Shown here piece by piece: positions 50,490 to 63,416 of a stretch of 64,000 bases of DNA. Numbering within the stretch: position 1 is the first letter of the stretch; the number at the start of each line of letters is the position of its first letter. This stretch comes from Octopus sinensis (Eukaryota), in NCBI RefSeq assembly GCF_006345805.1, contig NC_043007.1:4960001-5024000 (forward strand), written 5' to 3'. The notes below the pieces were generated by a model, which did no database searches, had not been told where the DNA came from, and saw only the letters and a program-made list of their open reading frames with translations. Position numbers and translations under genes: made by a program.

Positions 50490-51094
50490 AGATATTCATT
50501 GTATCCAACTCTATCTCTAATCATCTCCCACACTCTTTGCATGCAATTAGAGCCGGAAAGTTTGTGAGGAACCCATTGATCCAATTTGCTGACTTTTCCG
50601 ATGGCATGCAAGTTCCTTTGAATGGTTGAATGATTGAATGTAAGCTTCTCTGCTAGTTCCTAAACAGTTACGATGGGATTTTGTTCCACTAGGGTTTGCA
50701 GGATGTCCTCATCGAGCTCTACAGATCTTTCAGGACGAGGTTCATTTTCTAGGCTGTACTTTCTGGCTCAGGAATTTTGGATCCGCCGTTGACATTGGTT
50801 TATGCTTAATGTCCGATCCCATATACTGCATTGATATTCCTTACACTTTCCATTGCATTGTTGCCTTTATTGAACTGAAAAAGCAAAATATGCTCCTTTG
50901 TCAATTCCATTGTAGCTTTCTAAAAATAACTGCTAAAATCGAACTGCACTCTTGAAAACTTGCACTAAGTGTAAGTACAAAATAAAATTACTGCCTGCTT
51001 TTATAGCAAGTTGATGCAAGTAGTTTATCTCATCCCCCTCTGACTTTTAGTTCATGCAATTGAAAAAACTGCATCATTTATGGAATGACCCAAT
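50490..51094 (-). mobile_element. Mariner transposon remnant (5' end with probable TIR)
   Basis: MELTKEHILLFQFNKGNNAMESVRNINAVYG HTH start at ~50910; terminus tattgggtcattcca. Confidence 0.7.
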
Positions 51095-51101
51095 ATATAT
51101 A

Positions 51102-51429
51102 TATAATCAAAATAAGCAACAAGGATATCCAAAGGTAGTGTAGTACAATCGTTTCATGCTACTTCATTTTATTAAACACTGTAAGTATTACATCAGTTTT
51201 AAAATGTAGAGTAATCTTCAGCCACATATGGAATTTTTTAATTAAATCGACAATATTCATTTTTATACTTATTCCATTTGCCAATTTAATTAAAAAATTC
51301 CATATGTGGCTGAAGAGTGGTCTACATTTTAAAACTGATGTAATACTTGCATTGTTTAATTAAATGAAGTCGCATGAAACGATTGTACTGCACTACCTTT
51401 GGATATCCTTGTTACTTATTTTGATTATA
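51102..51429. mobile_element. Penelope-type inverted-repeat element (~145-bp arms), each arm with a hammerhead motif
   Basis: 51102-51247 is inverted at ~51284-51429; CTGAAGA 51310-51316 ... GAAACGATTGTA 51376-51387. Confidence 0.7.
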
Positions 51430-52564
51430 ATCACCCCATTTGATTTATATGGATAATACCATACCAAATTCTGGTGCCTTTAACTTAAGTACCATATTCA
51501 TTTGAATCTAAATTTTTCTGAATATATATATATAATAATGATAACATTAGGTAATAAATTATCATTCCAACCTTACAGGCAAAATTCAGCATAATAATAT
51601 TATACTGAAATTCGTAATATATGATATATAATATATGTATATAACTAATATTTTAGGAATTTGACCTTAGGAGTGACTGATTTTGGGAGTAAAATCATTT
51701 TTCCATTCTAATGAACTTGGATAAGGTATCTTATATGTTTTTATATAGTCCTAAGTCAGCCATGAAACGCACGTAATCAATGTACTAGTACTTACTTTTA
51801 TACATTATATTATTGTATTAATTTTTATTGTTCAGTTTATACTTTATATGATTTTAGATTAATATTTTTATGATGAATGTTTTCTTTGTTTGATATTCGA
51901 TTTTCTATGGTATATGTCTCACAGCATGGTTTTGGACGGGTCCTTCATTGACTGAGTTGTGAAATGGTGGTTCATCTCTAAATTAGTTATATATATATAT
52001 TAACCTAGTTAAGACCAAAGTTGTTGTTAGTAAGAAAGAGGATAAAACTCCCCTTCTGTCTGGTAAATGGCCCTGCTCAATATGTAGGAAAGGAGTTGGA
52101 AGAAATTCTATTCACTGTATTCAGTGAAATGAAGGCAGTATGCTCCATTGGATGTGCAACATCAGTGCACACATATGGTAAAGTGCACATGTATCGAGAG
52201 GAAATTTGGGCACAAGAGGAATCAAATGTAGCATGCAAGAGAGAAGACTATGTTGGTTTGGAGTTGTGATGCGTATGCCACTTAAAAGTACACAGTCCAC
52301 TCTGCTGAATGGTTGATGTAAGGAAGGGCATCCAGCTGTAAAAACCTTGCCAAAACTGACCTTGCCTGTACTTGTGCCACATAAAAAGCACTAAGTCCAC
52401 TTTGTCGAGTGGTTGGTGTTAGGAAGGGCATCCAACTGTAAAAATCCTGCTAAAACAATCGCAGAAGTCTGGTGCAGGCTTTGGCCTGGCCAACTCTTGT
52501 GAAACCATTCCACCCATGCTAGCATGGAAGGTGGACATTAAACAGTGATGATGATCTTGATAAT

Positions 52565-53545
52565 CATGATCATGATCGTTTTACATCCGTTTTCTATGCT
52601 GGCATGGGTTGGACGGTTTGACTGGAGACTGGCAAGCCAGGAGGCCGCACCAGGCTCCAGTCTGATCTGGCAGTGTTTCTACAGCTGGATGCCCTTCCTA
52701 ATGCCAACCACTCTGAGAGTGTAGTGGGTGCTTTTTACATACCACCAGCATGGGCGCCAGTGAGGCAGCACTGGTGACCATGTATGGATGGTGCTTTTTA
52801 CGTGTCACCGGCACAGGGAGCCAGTCAGGCGGCTCTGGCAGCGACCCACACATGAACGAATAGTGGTTGTTGCATGTCACCACCACTGGTAATGGCCACA
52901 ACTACAATTTCCATTTGATTTTGATCTGCTTAACTCAGTAGGTCTCCTCAAGCATGGAATGTTGCTCAACGATTCAAAGGTACTTCTTAAATGGTCTGGT
53001 TATGCAACACTGGTTCAGGCTACGGCTATGATCTCACTTTTCTTGTTGGATCTTCTCAATCACAGCATATCTCTAGAGTTCTTGGTCTTTCGTCATTGCC
53101 TCTGTGAGGCCCAACGTTCAAAGGCCATGCTTCACCACCTCACCCCATGTCTTCCTGGGTCTCCTTCTACCCTGGATTCCTTCCACTGTTTGGGAGTGGC
53201 ACTTCTTCACACAGCTCTCCTCGTTCATTCACAGTACATGACCATACCAACACAAACGTCTCTCTTGCACACCACCTCCGATGCTTCTTATATCTACCAT
53301 TTCTCTCAGGGTGCTTACACTGACATTACACATCCAGGGGATCATACTAGATTCATTCCTTGCAAGGTTGTGCATGTCTTCAGTAGTCATGGCTCATGTT
53401 TCACTGCCGTGAAGCATGGCAGTTCACACACACACATGCATCATACAATCTTCCTTTCACTCCGAGCAAGAGGCCCTTTGTCACCAGTAGAGGTAGGAAC
53501 TGTCTGAACTTTGCCCAGGCTATCTTCCCAGTTAACCTTCCTTTG
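52565..53545 (-). mobile_element. RTE-clade LINE 3' fragment
   Basis: Homologous to ~25130-25990, including the (CAT)n tail. Confidence 0.85.
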
Positions 53546-54115
53546 ATGTTGCTTCTTTTATTCTTTCACTTGTTTCATTCAATTGACTGCGGTCATGCTG
53601 GAGCACTGTCTTTAGTCGAACAGATCGACCCCAGGACTTATTCTTTGGAAGCCCAGTACTTATTCTATTGGGCTCTTTTTGCTGAACCGCTAAGTTATGG
53701 AGGATGTAAACACACCAACATTGGTTGTCAGTCTGGTATTGCTATAGCAACCTGTCTGCTTTATGTAGTTCCTTCCTGTTGTTAATGACTGGTCTCAATT
53801 TGTCCTTAAGGTGGGCTGCCATGATTCTGCCCCAGGGGCAACCCGTGTGGTAAGTTGTTAATGAATGTGTATCATTCCAATATTCTGTGGAAATATGTCT
53901 GGCTAGGGAGAAATCTTTCCTTGGTTGGTAACTGTCGAGGGCTGGTGACAGGAAGGCCATACTGCCATAGAAAATATCTGACTAAAGAAACTTTATCCGA
54001 CCCATGCAAGCATTGAAGAGGGGACATTAAATCAATGCTGATGAAGATGAGGATGATAAGTAATCAAACTGAATGTTTTGAAAATAAAATGTCGACTTTT
54101 TTTTGTCTTTTACAG

Positions 54116-54203
54116 AAAAGGTTTTGCTCCAACATTTCTGACACAAGCACCATTTCATCGTTGCCTGGAGAGCAGGTTGATTACAACAATTCAAATGGCT
54201 TGA
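54116..54203 (+). CDS. BBOF1: BBOF1 terminal coding exon 12
   Basis: ttttacag acceptor; RKGFAPTFLTQAPFHRCLESRLITTIQMA*; phase 2 matches exon 11; followed by non-repetitive UTR-like sequence. Confidence 0.75.
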
Positions 54204-54558
54204 AAAACGAAGGAAAGTGTCTCAGAATGTATTTTCGTGTGGGAATTCATTGCTAGTTTTAGCTGTGTTTGTGTATACATATGAGGAAGTGGAATTGTAG
54301 TGACCAAGGCAACATCTGTCACTTTTCATTAAGATTGCCAATAAGAGCAATCTTTGGTTTTTTAGGTATGTATAACTGCCGGGCTGATGAAGCCAAACCA
54401 ATCTGAGAAAGTGCAAAAATAGACTTGAATATTGTGATTAAGTGAGATAAACATGTAAAGGCCTAAAAATCATTTATTGAGTTTTCATTAAAACAGATTT
54501 CTCTTTTTGATTGTTGAAAGTTTCAGTGGTTTGAAGTTCTTATTCTAGCATTGCAAAA

Positions 54559-54564
54559 AATAAA
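54559..54564 (+). terminator. Candidate polyadenylation signal of BBOF1
   Basis: AATAAA ~355 nt after the stop with T-rich sequence downstream. Confidence 0.4.
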
Positions 54565-54936
54565 ACATTTCGTAGAAAAGAAAATATATTTGAAAGTTAA
54601 TTTTGATATTTATATATATTTAAGGTCTTTTGAATGTTGGGCCTCACAAAGGCGATGATAAGTGGGCAAGACTATTGGCAATGTGCTGTGCTAGAGATGA
54701 CTCATCAAGTCAAATGGAATTGAAGCCATGGTTGTTGCCAGTCTCATGGCACCCATTAGACTCTTGGAGTGGTTGGTGTTACAAAGGGCGTCCAGCTGTA
54801 GAAACATTGCCAAATCAAACTGGAACCATGGTGTAGCTCTCTGGCTTACCAGTTCCAGTCAAACCATCAAATCCATGCCGTCATGGAAAGTGTGTGTTAA
54901 ATGGTGAGGATGATTTATTTGCATGTGTATGTATAT

Positions 54937-54988
<52 letters not shown>

Positions 54989-55814
54989 CTTGACCGACCA
55001 GTCCGTCAGGCATCCATTTGACACCGCTGGTCACAGCACGCTGTCCACTCCTCTCTGAATCGCGCCTTTCTCATCCACGTGATCCGAATCATCCTTTGAA
55101 ATCGTAACTCCACCGTCATGGGGGCCTTCTGAGTGGTTGTTTCCACTCGCGTGGGTACCACTCGACAACTGCGCAGGTTCACCGATTATTGGTGAGCTGG
55201 GTGACGTGTCCAGCCCATCTAAACTTGCTACGTGTATACTCTGCGATGACATCCCACTACACTCACGGAGTGGTTGGCGTTAGGAAGGGCATCCAGCTGT
55301 AGAAACATTGCCAGATCAGACTGGAGCCTGGTGCAGCCTTCTGGCTTCCCAGAACCCCGGTCGAACCGTCCAACCCATGCTAGCATGGAGAACGGACGTT
55401 AAACGATGATGATGATGATGATGATGATATGTATATATATACATATGCATATATTGTTTTAAAAAATCAAAACATAAAATGGTACAAGAACGTAACAGGT
55501 GACAACAAAACATCCGGACGTTGGGTGATACAAAAAAAGGACAGGAAAAAACAAGGATGCAACATTCGGAGCTTTAGTTGAGAAGCAGATCGTCTTTGCA
55601 GTTTTGGCCAGTTAATCTGGTCAGGCCCAAGGAAATCTAAGTTAAGAGCACTAGATTCTTTGGAAGAAAGCAAGCGAATGTATATCAAAACAAGGACAGT
55701 AAAAATGGAGAAATGGTACACAATTACAAATACAAATAACAGGACATAACAACAGGTGTCTTTCAACGAAGGATGAATAAAATTAAGCTGGCATGTGTGG
55801 AAGTAAAGCCTTAC

Positions 55815-56866
55815 ATGTATGTATGTATGTATGTGTATATATATCTATGCACATGTAATACATACATATGCATGTGTGTATATATATGCATACATATATG
55901 TATGTAAATATATATTATATACATAAACACACACATTTATACACATATTTACATACATAAGTATATACGTATATGTATATATATATACATATACGAATAT
56001 ATACACACACACACATATATATATACATATATGTATATACATATATATATACAAATATAAATACATATATATATACACACATATTTATACATATATATAT
56101 ACACACATATTTATACATATATATATATACATATATATATATATACATATATAACATATATATATATATACATATATATCATATATATATATACATATAT
56201 ACATATATATATATACATATATATACATATATATACATATATATACATATATATACATATATATATATATACATACATATATATACATTATATATATATA
56301 TACATACATATATATACATATATATATATATATACATATATATATACATATATATACTATATATACATATACATATATATACATATATATACATATACAT
56401 ATATATCATATATATACATACATATATATACATATATAATATATATACATATATATATATATATATCTATACATATATTATATATACATATACATATATA
56501 TACATATTATACATATATATATATACATAATATACATATATATACATATATATACACATATATACACATACATATATATACACATATATATATATCATAT
56601 ATATATATATACATACATATAATACATATACATATATATACATATATACATATACTATATACATATATATATACATATACATATACATATACATATATAT
56701 ACTATATATACATATACATATATACATATATATATATATATCATATATATATATATAATACATATATATGTATATCTATGTATATATATATATGTATATA
56801 CACATGTATATACATATATATGTATATACACATGTATATACATATATAATACATACATACATACAC

Positions 56867-56925
<59 letters not shown>

Positions 56926-56975
56926 TATATGTGTATATCTATATGTGTATGTATATATGTGCATGTATATGTATG

Positions 56976-57026
<51 letters not shown>
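55815..57026. repeat. ~1.2-kb degenerate (TA)n/(CATATA)n microsatellite
   Basis: Directly visible. Confidence 0.95.
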
Positions 57027-57030
<4 letters not shown>

Positions 57031-57879
57031 GCCCGTCGTATATATGTATGGTGGTGGTGACCCCCTTCGGTCAGACACTGACCATGGGTTTGCACCTAGA
57101 GTTACCCTCTGAGGCACAAGTCTGGGCAAGGTTGTTTTATGGAAGACCAGCAGTCGCCCATGCATACCGGCCTCCCCTCTCCACGTCACCAATGTTGTCC
57201 AAGGGAAAGGCAAGGGCCAATACAACTTGGCACCTGTGACGTCGCAACTCATTTCTACAGCTGAGTGAACTGGAGCAATGTGAAATAAAGTGTCTTGCTC
57301 AAGAACACAACATGCACCCCGGTCCAGGATTCGAGCTCACAACCTCACGATCGTAAGCTCGATGCTCTAACCACTGAGCCAGTATATTTGTGTGTATGTG
57401 TCTGTGTTCGTGTTTGTCCCCTCAACATCGCTTGACAACCGATGCTGGTGTGTTTACCTCCCCATAACTTCGCGCAGGAGTGGCTGTGTGGTAGGTAGCT
57501 TGTTTACCAACCACATGGTTCCGGGTTCAGTCCCACTGCATGGCACCTTGGGCAAGTATCTTCTACTAGAGCCTTGGGCCGACCAAAGCCTTGTGAGTGG
57601 ATTTAGTAGACGGAAACTGAAAGAAGCCCGTCGTATATATGTATATATATATATATGCGTGTGTGTGTTTGTGTGTGTCCCCCTAGCATTGCTTGACAAC
57701 CGTTGCTGGTGTGTTTATGTCCCCGTTACTTAGCGGTTCAGCAAAAGAGACCGATAGAATAAGTACTGGGCTTACAAAATAATAAGTCCTGGGATCGAGT
57801 TGCTCGATTAAAGGCGGTGCTCCAGCATGGCCGCAGTCAAATGACTGAAACCAGTAAAAGAGTATATATATATATCTAG

Positions 57880-58077
57880 ATGTGTATGTATATATGTGCA
57901 TGTATATATATGTGCATGTATATATATATATATATTATGTGTATGTATATATGTGCATTTATATGTATGTATATATATATATATATATATATATTATGTG
58001 TATGTATATATGTGCATTTATATGTATGTATATATATATATATATATTATGTGTATGTATATATGTGCATTTATATG

Positions 58078-58108
<31 letters not shown>

Positions 58109-58181
58109 TATGTGTATGTATATATGTGCATTTATTGTATGTATATATATATATATATTATGTGTATGTATATATGTGCAT

Positions 58182-58238
<57 letters not shown>

Positions 58239-58250
58239 ATATATATGTAT
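57880..58250. repeat. Microsatellite-derived minisatellite (tattatgtgtatgtatatatgtgcatttatatgtatg + variable (TA)n)
   Basis: About five to six units visible. Confidence 0.9.
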
Positions 58251-58984
58251 GCATACATAATGTGATATTGCTGGTGCCTCCTTCCTGTCTCTTCCTCTAA
58301 TGATAAGTAAATAATAAGACTCTGTCGAAACCTTGCTAGCAGGAAAAGATCAATGTGAAATGCACAAATAAATGAATGTTAAAGCAAAGACAAATTATAA
58401 ACATCATCCTGTGTTTGATAAATACAGTTATCTCTGTGATAAAGATAATTTGCATGCCGACAAATACCATTTATCAGAATCGAACTGCAATACAAAAAAG
58501 TGCCTAATAAAAATTAACAAAATAACAAAATTCAGAAGTTGATAAAAATTGTTTTTATTTAAAATATATTTTACAAAAAATGATATTTGAAACTTATTTG
58601 AATGGATTTCTTAGAATAATCATAGAAAAGTCAAGGTGTTTTTGAGAAAATATGATTTATGTAGAAAGTATTTTTTATAAGAAATACATGGTCAAAAGTT
58701 TGAATTCAGACAGGCACTACCATGTATATGCATATATACCTACACACGTGTGTATATGTATATATCTATACATACACACACATATCTATACATATATATG
58801 CACATACATATATATCCTCATCATAGGTATATGCATACATATACATCATCATCATCATCATTGTTTAACATCCGTTTTCTGTGCTAGCACGGGTTGGACG
58901 GTTCAACTGGGGTCTGGGAAGCCAGGAGGCTGCACCAGTCTGATCTGGCAGTGTTTCTACAGCTGGATGCCCTTCCTAACGCCA

Positions 58985-59660
58985 TATATATACATATATA
59001 CATACATATATGTATACATATATATATATATACATACATATATGTATACATATATATATATATACATATATACATACATATATGTATATATATATAACCC
59101 ATGCTAGCATGGAAAACGGACGCTAAACGATGATGATGATGATGATGATATACATATATATAATACATATATACATAATATACATATATATATATATACA
59201 TATATACTATATATATATATATATATATACATACATATATTATATATACATATATATATATACATAATATACATATATATATAACATATATATATATACC
59301 TTTATATATACATACATATATATATATATATACATTATATATATACATATATATATATACAATATATATATACCTTTATATATACATACATATATATATA
59401 TATATATATACCTATATATAACATACATATATATATATATACATATATATATATACATACATATATATATATACATATATATATATACCTTTATATCTAC
59501 ATACATATATAATATATATACATATATATATATACATATTATATATACATATATATATATACCTTTATATATACATACATATATATATATATATACATAT
59601 ATATACATACATATATATACATATATATACATATACATATATATATATATACATATATAC
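58985..59660. repeat. Degenerate (TA)n/(TACA) microsatellite
   Basis: Directly visible. Confidence 0.9.
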
Positions 59661-60474
59661 GTCAATAATACTTTAATTGTTCCACATCCTGCGTTGCTGT
59701 GTTTTTTCTCTTTTTTTCTGTGTTTTCTTGTTTGGATTAACCTATACATATACATACATATATGTATATCAGCTAAGTTCCCGACCTGTTTCCTCTTTTC
59801 ATTGTTTTTGCAAGCCTTATTATTATTGTATCCCCATCTAATAGCGTTATCGTTGTCTTTCGTCTCAAATGCTAGCTGAAGCATAAAAACTTTCACTCAC
59901 AAAAACTTATTCACACCACCGCAAAGCATTTCATCTCAATCCTGTCTTCTTTCTGCCGCCTAAAACCTCATCTCCCAATGCGCGGTGCGCCCGCCCTCTC
60001 ACCCTCACCACCAATACCGGATATCTCTATATTTTGCTCCATCTATACCGGATGTCGCTTCTCCCACCACCATTATAGGTGTCTACTCTTCGAACCCCCC
60101 TCTTCAATACGCTATTTCACCATGCATTACCCCTCTCTCGATATCCTACATTCTACTTGCCTAGAACCTGTCATCATTTCTCTGAACCACCCCTCCCCAC
60201 TGGTGCTCCCCTATATTTCTGCACCCCCCCACACATAAAAAGCAGCATCCGAACGTGGCCGATGCCAGACCCCTCTGGCACCTGTGCAGGTGGCACGTAA
60301 AAAGCACCCACTACACTCGCGGAGTGGTTGGCGTTAGGAAGGGCATCCAGCTGTAGAAACACTGCCAGACTAGACTGGGGCCTGGGGCAGTCCCGAGCTC
60401 CCCAGACCCCGGTCGAAACCGTCCAACCCGTGCTAGCGTGGAAAACGGACGTTAAACGATGATGATGATGATGA

Positions 60475-60523
<49 letters not shown>

Positions 60524-61701
60524 TACACACATGTATATGTGTGGCAGGGAGTTTGCTTCTTAATCATATGGTTTTGGGTTCAGTTCCACTGCATGGCACC
60601 TTGGACAAATGTCTTCTACTACAGCCTCAGGCTGACCAAAGTGTTGCGAGTGGATTTGTTAGATAGAAATCTGAAAGTACACCAGCAGCCGTGTGGATGC
60701 AATTACCGGCTTATTGTCTCCACGTCATGATGTTTGTGAACAAGCATCGCCTTTATGCAAATGGTGTCCTCATTTTCAATGCTTCTATGAAAACATGTCC
60801 GGTCAGTGGGAAATATTACATTGCTTGGAAACGAGTGAGGGTTGGTGACACAAGAGGCATCCGGTTGTAGAAAATCCATCTCAACAAATCCTTTCCCACC
60901 CATGCAAATATGAAAAAGTACAACATTATTGTAATAATGATGATGATAAATATATACACACATATCTCACCATGACCATTGTTCACACACACACACACAC
61001 ACACAAATATGTATGCATGTATATATGTAAACAGTAAGGGATTATATATTATATATATGTCTGTATGTATAAATGAGTGAACAAATGAGAGGAAGTAGCA
61101 TTCAACACAACTGATTGGCATGTATTTAATTAGTTTGTCTCAGGTCCAAGTTACTTAAAATTCCATGAGTGTTTGGAGTAAGAATGAAACAATTTTTAAA
61201 TAAATTTAAAATGGTTTCTACATACATACATGTATACACACACCTGCATGTATGCATATATATTAACGTTTGTTTTTGTGTCAAGTTTCTCTCCTTGTTT
61301 TTTTCTGTGTCCCTTTCTGTAGAAGAGCGTAGGCTCGAAACATAAAAGACTTTTCCTATTCCTGATCGTTATACTAATACATCTGTTTGTTTTGTACACT
61401 ACCTGTCTTTGTCTTTTGTTTTTTTTCGTAAAATCTCTCCTATATATAAAAACAGTTTAATGCTAAACTAAAGGATTACTGAATATATTTTAGTAGATTA
61501 CATTTTCCTTAAATTTTTACAAGGAAAATGTTGGCCATGAATTTGAAGTTTTGACTCATTTGCTTTTGTCAGACTGTTGAATGCAAGCAAGGTGAAACTT
61601 CAAAGTTAGTCAACCTTTCCTTTATAAAAGTTTAACACATACACACATACATAAATATATACAAGCAAGCACTTATAGAATTTAAAAGCAATTTGATTTG
61701 G

Positions 61702-62057
61702 CCCCATGCAACTTAAAGTTTCATAGGCGCTTGGTAGAGGAACCTGGGCTGCGATTGGTCAAGGTGGGTCACATGGTATTGTTGGAATTACAGCAAGATT
61801 AAATCCACCTGAATTCCTTGGATCACCTGGCTGGACAGGAAATTAGAGGTGTCTAACAGTCTGGATGGAATTCAAAGACAAGACAGATGGATTTGATATC
61901 ACTGTAATTCCAACGACACCGAGTGGCTTACCTGAATCAATAGCAGCTTAGGGGTCCCAGCAGCCATGTTGGATTCCCTACATCCTTCCATCCAGCTGCC
62001 TCAACCCAACAAGCTAGGTTTCTCTAACAAGCCTACAAAACTTCAAGTCACATGGGG
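61702..62057. mobile_element. Old palindromic MITE-like element
   Basis: Diverged terminal (ccccatg...catgggg) and internal (gttggaattacag / ctgtaattccaac) inverted repeats. Confidence 0.55.
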
Positions 62058-62132
62058 TTGAATCAAACTGTTTTTAATAACATTGGTAAATCCTACTACA
62101 TGTGCTGTCACTTCCTTTTGTTTGTCCACTCA

Positions 62133-62173
<41 letters not shown>

Positions 62174-63171
62174 ATATATATATATATATATATACTTCAT
62201 TTATGGATTAACAAGGCGACTAATGCTTCCATTTGGATAGGACTCCACAGTTTTCAAGTAATCCATTTGGGAATGTTGGTACTCATCTACATGTTGTTAT
62301 TCTGCAAATAAAGAATATCTATCCACCAAGGTGATGTTGGGCACTCATTCTCACCATTCAATACTACACACACACACACACACACAGATAAAAGTTTATA
62401 TCAATGTTATGTTACAGTTGGTGCAAATTTTTGTTTCAGGGTTGTGGGTAACACACCCTGTACTTGATGAGCTGCAGAATAAAACCCACTAAAATTGCAA
62501 ATGACCTTGATGAATATTAAATATTAAAACATAACGATGTTTTAATAAAACTTGAAGGTTCGATTATAAAATCATTTTATGTTTTGTTTTTTTAAATTAC
62601 TAATCTCTAAAAAATATCGATTAAAATGGTTATACCAATTTGATAACTAAAACTGAAAAACATGAGCCTACTGCAAGACCAATTGTGACAAATAATGATA
62701 GCAAGGTGCCTGTCTGTTCTGCTTCATGGTTTTCAACCAAACTGGAAATAAAATAAAATAAAAAAAGTCATTAAATTCTTTTGTTATATTTCTTTTTTCT
62801 TTACTACCCACAAGGGGCTACACACAGAGGGGGACAAACAAGGGCAGACAAATGGATTAAGTCGATTATATCCACCCAGTGCGTAACTGGTACTTAATTT
62901 ATCGACTCCGAAAGGATGAAAGGCAAAGTCGACCTCAGCGGAATTTGAACTCGGAATGTAGCGGCAGATGAAATACCGCTAAGCATTTCGACCGGCATGT
63001 TAACGTTTCTGCCAACTCACCGCCTTATCTTATATTTCTGTCGAAATACACTGCTTTCATTTAAATTAATTTTGAAAATTATTAAGAACTTCTGTAAGAT
63101 CAACTAAAAAGGTACTCTATCAAGAGAGACAGAGAAATGAATATTATTTAATGTATACAATATAAAGATAA

Positions 63172-63416
63172 CGTGGCCGTTGCCAGTGCTGCCCCGACTG
63201 GCTTCCGTGCCGGTGGCACGTAAAAAGCACCATCCGATCGTGGCCGTTGCCAGCCTCGCCTGGCCTCCGTGCCAGTGGCAAGTAAAAAGCACCATCCGAT
63301 CGTGGCCGTTGCCAGCCTCGCCTGGCCTCCGTGCCAGTGGCACGTAAAAAGCACCATCCGATCGTGGCCGTTGCCAGCCTCGCCTGGCCTCCGTGCCAGT
63401 GGCACGTAAAAAGCAC
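63172..63416 (+). repeat. 62-bp tandem repeat (~4 units) inside a family-C element
   Basis: Unit cgtggccgttgccagcctcgcctggcctccgtgccagtggcacgtaaaaagcaccatccgat at 63239, 63301 and 63363, plus a variant at 63172. Confidence 0.92.

Noticed and set aside
54035-54256. 73-aa ORF as the BBOF1 last exon frame
   Set aside because: Exon 11 ends in phase 2, which selects the ...TFLTQ...* frame instead
55845-59896. Cluster of IY/YI-rich ORFs
   Set aside because: (TA)n-type microsatellite translations
63172-63416. CRISPR-like array
   Set aside because: Eukaryotic context, identical spacers, no cas genes; internal tandem repeat of a retroelement
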